Below, one piece after another: positions 48,212 through 58,873 of a DNA stretch of 64,000 nt. Made by a program: the position numbers and the translations under genes. The notes beneath the pieces were generated by a model, which was given only the letters and a program-made list of their open reading frames with translations, was not told the DNA's origin and searched no databases. The stretch comes from TPA_inf: Saccharomyces (Eukaryota): contig BK006938.2 in the NCBI GenBank assembly GCA_000146045.2, forward strand, positions 320,001 through 384,000, read 5' to 3'. Numbering within the stretch: the stretch's first letter is position 1; every line of letters begins with the position of its first letter.

Positions 48212-49259
48212 AGGGGAAGCCAAAGAAAAGAAGTAACAAATATTCCAAGCGCTCCAGTGTTACAGCTACTGCAAACCAAGAAAAGCAACTGACAAGAATT
48301 AGATATCCTAATCATAGGGCACCGAATTTACTTCCATGTTTTTTCCAGCTCCACTTAGAATATATATATAAATGTATAAAGACGGAAATATGCGCTTTTG
48401 AGAAATAGACAGAATAAAGAACGCACTGATGCAGCTTTAACTTTTAAGAAATGGTGCTTTTTTTTTCGCCCTCTGTTCCTCTGCGGATGGGAGCTATCAG
48501 TAGTAGAAAACAAAAGGAAACGAAGAAAAAAAATTGGAAAAGGGAAGAGTAAAACAGCGAGGAGAGCATTACGTACATAAAATAGGTTTAAGTAACCATA
48601 CCACTAACAATGCCCCTAGGAAGTGACAATCTAGAGATATCCTTGAGAGTTAGCCACGGGCCGTAAGGGAAGGAAAAGACCAATCTAGCAATAAGCGCAT
48701 GGGGGGTTTCCGACAGCCACTACCAAATTGTGTGGCAGCCAAGCGAGAATCAATGCGGCTATTTGAGATCTGTTCTTTTTCTATTCAAAGACTCGAATGA
48801 GGCCAACGAAAGAAGTAGTAAAAAAAATCCGGGATTCCCAATTCAGGTCATATCCGGCAAGACATTCCCGGATTTTATTTTCCTCAATGTGCTCGTGTAA
48901 GTGTCGGCCCGGAACTTGATTCCCCCCGGACTAATTAGAAGTTCCGAGAACGCGCGCAAGCCGTCCCGCGCGTAGAAGGCTAAAAAGCAGCCGGAGGAAA
49001 AAAAATAACGCAAATGTGGGCTCCCCTTCCCCTGTGCGGCCACGTCGTGCCTCCCCACCATTTGCCTCATATGCGGCCATTGCGTGTGGTGTTTTTTCTG
49101 CTCTTGTCACTGATTTTAACTACCGCGGGGTTTGACTAACAAGCAAATTGCAAAGCCGCGGCGGTTCCCGGAAAAAAAAAAAGGAAGGCCACGCTATTGG
49201 TAACCATGAAGTGTAAGGCGACGCAGGAGAGATGAAAAGAATGAAATTAAAAGAAATCC

Positions 49260-49283
49260 AAAAAAAAAAAAAAAAAAAAAAAA
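49260..49283 (+). promoter_or_regulatory. Poly(dA:dT) tract A24 in the STP4/SIT4 divergent promoter; likely nucleosome-excluding element
   Basis: 24 consecutive A residues are seen directly, followed by AGAAAAAGAAAGAAAAAG. Confidence 0.6.
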
Positions 49284-49317
49284 GAAAAAGAAAGAAAAAG
49301 GGGGAATAACACAGCCG

Positions 49318-49324
49318 CGGGTAA
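49318..49324 (-). promoter_or_regulatory. Reb1-like site TTACCCG(C) about 450 bp upstream of SIT4
   Basis: The plus strand reads cgggtaa at 49318..49324. The Reb1 consensus is TTACCCGG. Confidence 0.35.
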
Positions 49325-49770
49325 CATGAAGCGGCGCGAGCGATACTTCCGTGTTAAGTGATATCCATCTTTCTGCGGGTAATAAGTCTAGTCAAGTCCG
49401 CTGTATTTTTTCTTTCGCTCTCGCTCTCTTTCTCTCTTCGCTCATGGAGCGGTAAAAAAAAAACATGCATATCGAGTCGAAGCCCAGCAAAATTAAAAAA
49501 AATATAGCCTTCAGTGGAAACCCAGTGATGCTCGCACACAACGTAATGGAGCATTGAAGAGCTACAGACGGTAGATAAAAAAGAAAAAGAAGCAATACAA
49601 TAGGTTATTGCATACTATCATAAGCATACAGATAAAGGAGTTCTGCACATACGGTCCCTCTTTCTCTTCCTATTATTCTTCAGTCCCCTCCTCGCTCTTT
49701 TTAGATTCGACATTACAAGGTGAAATACTATTGAAGCTCAAAAACATCCATAATAAAAGGAACAATAACA

Positions 49771-50706
49771 ATGGTATCTAGAGGCCCCGACGAATGGCTT
49801 GAAACAATAAAGAAATGCCAGGCGCTAACTGAAAACGAGATGAAACAACTGTGTGAAATGGTGAAAGAACTTTTGATGGAGGAAAGTAACATCCAGCCGG
49901 TACAGACCCCCGTTACTGTATGTGGAGACATACACGGCCAATTTCATGACTTGTTAGAGCTATTCCGTACGGCGGGTGGCTTTCCTGACGATATAAACTA
50001 CATTTTTCTCGGTGATTACGTGGATCGTGGCTACTATAGTCTGGAAACTTTTACGCTTTTAATGTGTCTGAAAGTCAAGTACCCGGCAAAGATAACTTTG
50101 GTCAGAGGAAACCATGAGTCCAGACAAATTACTCAAGTTTACGGGTTCTACGAGGAATGCCTGAATAAGTACGGATCTACCACCGTATGGAAGTATTGCT
50201 GTCAAGTTTTTGATTTCCTGACGCTGGCCGCTATAATTGACGGTAAGATCTTATGTGTCCATGGAGGGTTATCTCCCGAGATTAGAATGCTCGATCAAAT
50301 CAGAGTCTTGTCAAGAGCTCAAGAAGTGCCACACGAGGGTGGGTTCTCGGACCTGCTTTGGTCAGACCCTGACAATGTAGAGGCTTGGCAAGTTTCCCCT
50401 CGTGGTGCAGGATGGCTCTTTGGCAGTAAAGTTGCTAGAGAGTTTAACCACGTTAATGGACTGAACCTTATTGCCCGGGCTCACCAACTGGTTATGGAGG
50501 GGTTCAAGTACCATTTTCCTGAAAAGGACGTTGTAACCGTGTGGTCCGCGCCAAATTACTGTTATAGATGTGGTAATGTCGCGAGTGTAATGAAGGTCGA
50601 TGAGGATCTGGAACCTACTTTCAAAATTTTCTCGGCTGTTCCCGATGACTACATAAGAGAATCCACGGCAAACCATAATAATCAAAGAGCCGGCTATTTC
50701 TTATAA
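49771..50706 (+). CDS. SIT4: PP2A-related type 2A Ser/Thr protein phosphatase catalytic subunit (311 aa)
   Basis: PPP-family motifs GDIHGQ, GDYVDRG, RGNHE, SAPNYC are present; 311 aa; synteny YDL047W. Confidence 0.95.
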   Translation: MVSRGPDEWLETIKKCQALTENEMKQLCEMVKELLMEESNIQPVQTPVTVCGDIHGQFHDLLELFRTAGGFPDDINYIFLGDYVDRGYYSLETFTLLMCLKVKYPAKITLVRGNHESRQITQVYGFYEECLNKYGSTTVWKYCCQVFDFLTLAAIIDGKILCVHGGLSPEIRMLDQIRVLSRAQEVPHEGGFSDLLWSDPDNVEAWQVSPRGAGWLFGSKVAREFNHVNGLNLIARAHQLVMEGFKYHFPEKDVVTVWSAPNYCYRCGNVASVMKVDEDLEPTFKIFSAVPDDYIRESTANHNNQRAGYFL

Positions 50707-50963
50707 CACGACGGCATGCCCTCCCTAACTCGACGAATAAAAATAATTTTCACAATAAAAAAAAGACTACAAAAATCAGAAACTTTTTCATTACGCCATT
50801 TGCTACGATACGATACACAACAAGCACATTCTAAGAGCATTCCATTTACTATGGTCAAAATGACCAAATAAAAAATTAAAAAAAAAAAGAAGGAATGAGA
50901 ACTAGTAACTACATATTCAACAATTGCAGTTTTCTTTTCCTTTTTGTCCTTGTCCTTTCTTTC

Positions 50964-50994
<31 letters not shown>

Positions 50995-51206
50995 ATACTA
51001 CTATGTTATATTACATTATATTATTATCACAATAATTATTACGTTCATCGTGCCGAAACGTCACCTCCCACGGTTTGGATCTATTGAAAGAGGGTGGAAT
51101 CCCTGATAATAAAAAAACTTTAATCAACACTCGGGAGGGGAAATATAAAAGACTGGCGCTACTTAAAGAGCTGATTCGCCAAGGCAGAAAAGCATAACCA
51201 TATTAA

Positions 51207-51761
<555 letters not shown>

Positions 51762-52229
51762 TCTGATTCATACAACTCATTGATCCGTGTTTATTTCCCT
51801 TCTCGTTCCATGTATTCTTTTCTTTTACCCCATGTTCTCTTCACCCGTTCGAGGCAGGGTTTTTCCTCTTTTTGTTATAACCACCATCTAGTCGAATGTG
51901 GTTACTCTTAATATTTTTTTGTCGGCCAATGCTTCAGCGCCTTTGTCAACACCTACTTCTTTTCCATTCCTTTCCTCTAATTAAAAATCATCTATTTAGT
52001 GTGTACGTATTAAAAACATGTCATTACATTGATATCTCATTGCAAAATTTCTCCCTTACGCACATCTTTGGTTATTATATATGATGACAGGTTCGTTCTC
52101 CGGGTAATGCGGACTTTACATATTAATTCTTTTCCCAGTATTTTAGGCAGAATATAAAAGCTTTGAGGCTTTAAGTGAGACAAAAGTCTTACCATAGCAA
52201 CACGAGGGCTCGCCGAAACTTCCATCTAA

Positions 52230-52535
<306 letters not shown>

Positions 52536-52687
52536 TTTTATATCCAAAAGCAGCAAGAATGAAAACTTGATAATATTAAAGTCATGGCCTTGTATATACA
52601 AATTAAATAGTCTCAACGGAAAATATATAAACTTTTAATCTAATAGTAACATCAGCATTTTATTTTCTTTCCTCCGTTAAACCGTAC

Positions 52688-53608
52688 TTAATTCTTGATC
52701 CTGCCTGCTCTCTCTAAAGTGTCATCAACCAAATACCAGCCAGGATAGTAATTGTCATGGTATTTGCTGAATCTTTCCTTATCCACCACGGAAATAGGTG
52801 ACGTGTTTATAGCGGAACTACGTTCGCCTTCTGCGTCCTTGCCAAATGCATGAATGATTTCCCATTCAAAATGCAAGGCTGGATTATTGGAGTCCTTTCT
52901 CAAGTGTGGGTTAGGCAATGAGTTGTTAATTCCGCCGATTGATGTGAAACCTTTACCATATAGTCCACAAATTGGCTCATTAGAATACAGTAAGAAACTC
53001 CATATATTGGTTAAGTCCCAGTGTAAGAGAGGTTGCAACCTCATAAAATCAGGCCAGTTAGAATCTGTTCTTTGAATAGGCTTTAATGCTTCACCAAATG
53101 GGTCTGTGTGTCTAATACCTATCACTATAGCTTCGGTCTCAGGGTATATCTTTATAAAATCTCTAAATGCGTCTGCCATATTGACCGATGCACCAGATTG
53201 CCTTTGTGATTCGTATAAGGAAAGGCAATATCGCTCTGAGGTTTCCAGTACAAAATTCTCTAATGTAGGGAAAGTTTCTTCTTGATCAATGAAAACAGTT
53301 GGAAGTCTTTGCATGGGGAAGCTTTGAAACTCGAAATCGAATTGGGAATTTTGAGCCTTAATGAAGAAATATTCCCATAAGCAACTCAGATATAACAGTA
53401 GTAATACCTGGCAATCTTTTCCTCCGTTGTACGAGAATGATATTTCCCCATTCAGTGGACTCCAACGTACAAAAATTTCACTTAGTAAGTATTTTCTTGT
53501 CAACCGTATCGCTTCTTGTGTACTTGCTATTATCTGAGATTTCTGGTCTATGTGTAAGTAAGAGTTTGTTATCTCATAACACATCTCAGCAGCCTTGCTC
53601 AACTGCAT
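52688..53608 (-). CDS. FAD1: FAD synthetase (FMN adenylyltransferase), PAPS-reductase-like fold (306 aa)
   Basis: 306-aa ORF at the YDL045C position. Named from size and synteny; family motifs were not verified residue by residue. Confidence 0.85.
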   Translation of the reverse strand: MQLSKAAEMCYEITNSYLHIDQKSQIIASTQEAIRLTRKYLLSEIFVRWSPLNGEISFSYNGGKDCQVLLLLYLSCLWEYFFIKAQNSQFDFEFQSFPMQRLPTVFIDQEETFPTLENFVLETSERYCLSLYESQRQSGASVNMADAFRDFIKIYPETEAIVIGIRHTDPFGEALKPIQRTDSNWPDFMRLQPLLHWDLTNIWSFLLYSNEPICGLYGKGFTSIGGINNSLPNPHLRKDSNNPALHFEWEIIHAFGKDAEGERSSAINTSPISVVDKERFSKYHDNYYPGWYLVDDTLERAGRIKN

Positions 53609-53966
53609 ATTGTGCTCCCCTATTTGTTTATTACTTTTTGCAAATGTTGCCCTCTATACCGAGAAAGTAATATCAGTTTTTTCCACTCTCAGTCAACAAA
53701 ATCTTTCGAAGATTTTTCGAGGTTCTTTCTATAGACGGATCCTTAGGTTCTTGCTAACCAACGTGTTGTATATGAAACCCATCTCCAAATTTTGAGCTCT
53801 TCCCATCCTTTTGTTTCCTCGGACTCAATGAATTTGAAATCTGCCGAACAAGCTAACTAAAAAATAGGAAAATTGGAACAGAAGTTAAATGCGAGCAGGA
53901 ACGTTTATTAGCGCTTTTAAGTCTAACACATATATATAACACTATTTACAAGGTTTGAATAATTTT

Positions 53967-55289
53967 CTACCTGTCTCTAGTTAAATTTTTTTTGAGGCTT
54001 TTGAGATAATTTTCAACAATTAGTAAGTCATTATTCGTGTCTTTATTCCATAAAACACCTACATTCACTATTTTATTTGCGCTGGACGAAACTTCCTCAT
54101 CTGCACTGAGCTGTTCTCCTGCTTCAAGAAAGACATCCTCATTTAAACTTCTCATTTCTTTGACAATCTTATCCAATATATCCACGGTTTCAATATTTCC
54201 GATGACACCATTAACGCTCATCTCGGTAACCACACGTCTCAAGTAGCGAATCTCCTGGAAGTTTTCCCACAATAGCTGAACCAGCAAATTGTAGAAATCA
54301 ACATTACAAATTGTTAGGTACAGTGAAGCGTCCATGTTGTTTTTACATTCATTATAAACATAGGAGATCAATGTGTACTTTCTGTCTGCCGGGAAATCAA
54401 AGTCACCTAATCTAAGCGATTTGACTATAATATATGGTAAAGTCATTGCAAGCGGTTTCGGTAGTTCTGCCGGTTTATTTATACACGCACTTCTAATGTC
54501 TTCGAAAATGTTTGAAGATTCTGCATTCATCTTTAACTCTAGGTCTTTGTTCCTTTTCTTGTAAATGTCTAGTGATTGCTTTAGGTATCTTAAAAGATCG
54601 TAATCACTTTTAACAGCTTCCCTCAAGTAGTCAATGTGAGGTTCTAAAACCTGATCCAGTGTGGTTTGGTACCGAATCTTATTACCAATTTCTTGCATCA
54701 CTTCCTCGCTAAATTTGACGTTGGAATGTGCAACTGGCTGCCTCAAAGCTTCCATTCCCGAGCCCTTGCGCAGATTAAGATTCAGCAATTCTCTGTTGCT
54801 TTTATTAATGCTATTATCTTCGTCAAATATCTTTTCCAGCAAAGTTCTTGTCTGCTCACTTATCGTTTTAGTGCTAATAGCAGAAGGTTCTGCCCGTTCG
54901 TAGACATAGTCATTGCCTGCTGTTTCCTTCAGGAATTCATGGTCCTTATTTGGAAGCTTCCTTTGAGCTCTTTGACTGTGGTTAAAAACAATTTTTTCTT
55001 TTTTTACACTAGTTCCCTCGGAGTTGTCCTGTAGCCCATTGTAATACTTGTCAATTATTTTGCTAGCATTAGTGTGCCTCATGTTTTCAACCCTTGCTCC
55101 AGCTTCGAATAGTTCTCCAAATACCTTACGTTCCTCTTCGAGAGCTTGTTCAAATGTCTTTTCATTTGAAACTCTTTCTACGTTGTGAGTTTTTCTATCT
55201 TTCAAATTGGCTTCATTCAGCAAGCATCTATGGATGCAATGTATGTATCTATAGTTACAGTTTTTTAATATAGATGATGTTCTGATCAT
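53967..55289 (-). CDS. MTF2: Mitochondrial protein interacting with mitochondrial RNA polymerase N-terminus; couples transcription and translation (440 aa)
   Basis: 440-aa ORF with a mitochondrial-type N-terminus; synteny YDL044C. Confidence 0.85.
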   Translation of the reverse strand: MIRTSSILKNCNYRYIHCIHRCLLNEANLKDRKTHNVERVSNEKTFEQALEEERKVFGELFEAGARVENMRHTNASKIIDKYYNGLQDNSEGTSVKKEKIVFNHSQRAQRKLPNKDHEFLKETAGNDYVYERAEPSAISTKTISEQTRTLLEKIFDEDNSINKSNRELLNLNLRKGSGMEALRQPVAHSNVKFSEEVMQEIGNKIRYQTTLDQVLEPHIDYLREAVKSDYDLLRYLKQSLDIYKKRNKDLELKMNAESSNIFEDIRSACINKPAELPKPLAMTLPYIIVKSLRLGDFDFPADRKYTLISYVYNECKNNMDASLYLTICNVDFYNLLVQLLWENFQEIRYLRRVVTEMSVNGVIGNIETVDILDKIVKEMRSLNEDVFLEAGEQLSADEEVSSSANKIVNVGVLWNKDTNNDLLIVENYLKSLKKNLTRDR

Positions 55290-55679
55290 TGTATGGCGTG
55301 TTGTACTCTTCCTTAGTTCCCTCTTCTTCCTTTACAATTATCTCTCAAGTATAGCAAGCGTTGTCACATCACAGTTTTCGGCCTTGTTCGCCTAATTACA
55401 TTTTTCTGAATAAATACGTATGTATGCTGCGAGTACTAGATACTGTTGATAAATGGTAACATAAATACTCTAGATCGCAAAAGCGCATGGAAGTTGAGCA
55501 GTAATATAATTTTAGAGGAATATGGTTATTATACTCCCTGAGAATAAGTGCACATTGGATGGGAAAATTTCGTAAAAAAAACTCTTGTAAAGACAATTGT
55601 TTCCTTAATAGCTATTATATAATCCAATTTGGTTAGAGTTTTGTATGCCGATTATTAACGTTACCCAAAAATAATACTG

Positions 55680-56480
55680 TCATACATCGGCTTGTTCTTG
55701 TTCGGCTTGTTTAAAGAAAAATTGAACGTAATAAAGTTTTGATATAGCATCCCAAAATGTACACTTTTTATTTAATTCATCTACTCCATCGTTATTATTG
55801 TCCATGTCATTGTTTTCGCTGAATAATATTTCGTTTGGAGGTAGCTCAATAGCAATATTTTCAAAGGGTTCATACGCAATAACGAGAAATTTTTTTCCCT
55901 TCTGTTTGGTATCTGATAGCTCTAAACCAGATACAATCCTAATGAGAGGAGGGACTTTAGCCTTATCATCGCTATCGACACTATTTTCTTTGACTTCACT
56001 GCTATAATTTACCTGGATAGCCAAACCTACTGAACCGTTCTTCGGGTTTTTCACGGTAGCTATTTTACAAACAGGGATCGTACCGTTATTCTTTAAAGAT
56101 TGCTTAGCTTCAATTATCTTTTGTTGTTGTCGGAAATCATGAGTTGTTTGGCCTTCTCTCCCTAGAGAACTTTTCTCTATACTGATACCACGCCTTAACA
56201 CATTTAAACCATGTTTTTTACCACCCAAATGCCTTTCAACGCTGGACCACGACATGTGCATTGTATTACATAGTTTACAAACCAGTTTACCGGAATGATT
56301 CTTGTAAATGTACGGATTGGACCTTACTTGATCGTCCTTTTCATCTTGGAAAGTGTACGGGACATTTTCGCCTTTACTAAGTAATGATTCGACTTCTTTC
56401 CTTCGTTGTAAGTTAAACTGAGATTCTGAGGCTATACCACCACCTCCTTTCTTTGACCCAACGCCTTCTAAATAGTTCAT
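55680..56480 (-). CDS. PRP11: SF3a splicing factor subunit (SF3a66/SAP62 homolog) with matrin-type C2H2 zinc finger (266 aa)
   Basis: Matrin-type zinc finger CKLCNTMHMSWSSVERHLGGKKH; 266 aa; synteny YDL043C. Confidence 0.9.
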   Translation of the reverse strand: MNYLEGVGSKKGGGGIASESQFNLQRRKEVESLLSKGENVPYTFQDEKDDQVRSNPYIYKNHSGKLVCKLCNTMHMSWSSVERHLGGKKHGLNVLRRGISIEKSSLGREGQTTHDFRQQQKIIEAKQSLKNNGTIPVCKIATVKNPKNGSVGLAIQVNYSSEVKENSVDSDDKAKVPPLIRIVSGLELSDTKQKGKKFLVIAYEPFENIAIELPPNEILFSENNDMDNNNDGVDELNKKCTFWDAISKLYYVQFFFKQAEQEQADV

Positions 56481-56756
56481 TTTGAATGTATGGATGCGTT
56501 AAATGATTTGAATTTGCTGTTCCACCTGCCCTTCTTACATTAAGCTATTTGTGAGAGCCTTGCGTCTTTAGCAGATTTTTTTTTTTCATTTTTTTAGTGA
56601 GATGGGCGGTACATGTAATATTTCACCCGGTACAATGAAAATAGCAGAATGTAAATAATATTTGACTACAATAATTGAAAGGAAAACAAAATTGTTTGCC
56701 ATACTATGTAAATTGATATTAATTTGGCACTTTTAAATTATTAAATTGCCTTCTAC

Positions 56757-58445
56757 TTAGAGGGTTTTGGGATGTTCATCTGATGTAACGACATACACGC
56801 CCTTATCCTTCTCTTGGCATTTAAAGTTCTTGTTCTTCAAATCGTTCCATTTCTTATGCGGAATCGTCCAGCCACATTTTTGGGCTACCATAGCTGCAAT
56901 GTCATCACAGTACCCCAAAAGAGATAAATCAAATTCTGCGTGCTTGACGGGATCACGATTAATCAGGACTTGGGGAACGTGGGAAGGAACCATGTTTACG
57001 ATTTCAGACACTGGCGCTACTTTTAAACTTGTCCCAATGCAAATCAACAAATCACATTCTAAGATATCTTCGCGAATGCTCTTATGAAATTTATTTGGCA
57101 GTGCTTCGCCAAAGAATGTGATATCTGGTTTGAGAACGCCATATGAGTTAAGGATATATGGAGGCCTTTCCGACATTGAACCCTGTGATGCAGCAACACC
57201 TACTTTATTATTATATCCCTCTGGGAAATATTCTCTTCTTTTTTTGTAACAGTACGGGCATAGTGGAAGTTCGAGGTTTCTAATTTTATTAAATATCCTC
57301 TCACCGGGTAGGTTCCAATGGCAGGTAACGCAGGTGGCAGTAGCAAAAGAGCCATGGCACTGCACCAGTTTATCTGTGCTTATTCCCGCATAAGATTCCA
57401 AATTATCAATGTTTTGAGTATAATTTCTCAATAATTTCCCTTTCATTTGTAGCATCTTAATGAAACTATGCAATGGAGAATAAATTTTTTCTGGAGGTAA
57501 AACCATATTGGCAATATTATAGAAAACAGAGGGGTCGTGCATAAATATATTGTAATTGAAAACGTCTTGGGGATCATCGAGCCCCAAATGTTTGATCTTT
57601 GAATAGAACCCCTCAGAAGATCTGAAGTCCGGGATCCCTAATGAAGTTGAAACACCTGCACCAGTCAGGACCAAAATTTTTCTAGCGGTATGTAATTTTT
57701 GAATAAAATGATCAATAGTGAAAAAATTGGATAATCTTAATCTTGTACATAGAACTTTGTTAATTGCTCTTTGCAAATCTTTGATTAGACGAACTGTTTG
57801 CTTTTTTGCCAATGGGTCTTCAACATTTGTGACAGATATTGCACTTCCCAAATCTTGAACACGCTCTTGCGAGTTGATATGGACAATACTGTTGATGGTG
57901 CCGATAAGCGCTTGATCTTTAACTTCAAAGCCTAGCAACTTGATAAGATAGTAAATGTATAACGAGTTCAAATCCTCGGGGAGGTAAGTGTCTAAAAATT
58001 TGTGTGCACCATAGTATTTCAGAAACATTCGAGCATTGAGAGACTCTCGTTTAGTGAAGGAGGGACCATAGAAAATACCATTTGATGGGTTTTTACTGAT
58101 TATGATTGGCCCCTTGGGCGTCTCTGGTTTCAAAACGTCATTGGACATTGACACTACTGAAGCTGCTGACACTGCCAAGGGATCCATGTCATTAGTTGGT
58201 TTGAGCTCCATCGATGCCACTTCTCCGAGCGCAGCTTTAGTGTGCCCAAGTGGATCTGTTGTGTTGGTTTCCCTCAAGGAATCCGGCTGTGCTACTTTTA
58301 TCTTCTTATGTGAAGGTTCATCATTATTTATAATGTCATCGGGTTGTTTTCTGATCGCGTCTTTATCTTGTGTGGGGCTTACTGTATTTGAAACCTTATT
58401 TTCGCTAGTCTTTGATACGGCGTATTTCATATGTGGGATGGTCAT
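56757..58445 (-). CDS. SIR2: NAD-dependent histone deacetylase, sirtuin (562 aa)
   Basis: Sirtuin core motifs GAGVSTSLGIPDFRSSEGFY and the zinc ribbon CxxC...CxxC are present; 562 aa; synteny YDL042C. Confidence 0.96.
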   Translation of the reverse strand: MTIPHMKYAVSKTSENKVSNTVSPTQDKDAIRKQPDDIINNDEPSHKKIKVAQPDSLRETNTTDPLGHTKAALGEVASMELKPTNDMDPLAVSAASVVSMSNDVLKPETPKGPIIISKNPSNGIFYGPSFTKRESLNARMFLKYYGAHKFLDTYLPEDLNSLYIYYLIKLLGFEVKDQALIGTINSIVHINSQERVQDLGSAISVTNVEDPLAKKQTVRLIKDLQRAINKVLCTRLRLSNFFTIDHFIQKLHTARKILVLTGAGVSTSLGIPDFRSSEGFYSKIKHLGLDDPQDVFNYNIFMHDPSVFYNIANMVLPPEKIYSPLHSFIKMLQMKGKLLRNYTQNIDNLESYAGISTDKLVQCHGSFATATCVTCHWNLPGERIFNKIRNLELPLCPYCYKKRREYFPEGYNNKVGVAASQGSMSERPPYILNSYGVLKPDITFFGEALPNKFHKSIREDILECDLLICIGTSLKVAPVSEIVNMVPSHVPQVLINRDPVKHAEFDLSLLGYCDDIAAMVAQKCGWTIPHKKWNDLKNKNFKCQEKDKGVYVVTSDEHPKTL

Positions 58446-58873
58446 CCAGCTTTAATGTGCCGATGAGGGAAAAATGGTTTGAATGTGTCTACCGAAGCGA
58501 TGCCTAATTTCTTGAAATACGTGAGAATGGGCTTTACATCTCTTCACTAAATATATTTTTCTTGGGTGGTGAAAAAGACAAGTCTTTCAAACTATGCGAC
58601 CTAGAAAAAAAATATTTTACCGCAACTGGCGGCCAAAGAGGACAAAGAAAAATTCCTCGTTTTTTCTCTGAGATGGGAAAGCAAGAATTTTGGCAAGAAA
58701 AGGTCCTGGCTGTCCTGGACCATGGTTGGAAGGAGTGCTAGATGTAGCTTGGAAAAGAAATGACCTATAACAATGTATCTTTTATGAGCATATGCGCATG
58801 CATATAAGCATATACATAAAAAATATATACATAAATTAAGTAAGAGTTAATTGACACATTGAGGAGTTGCAGG

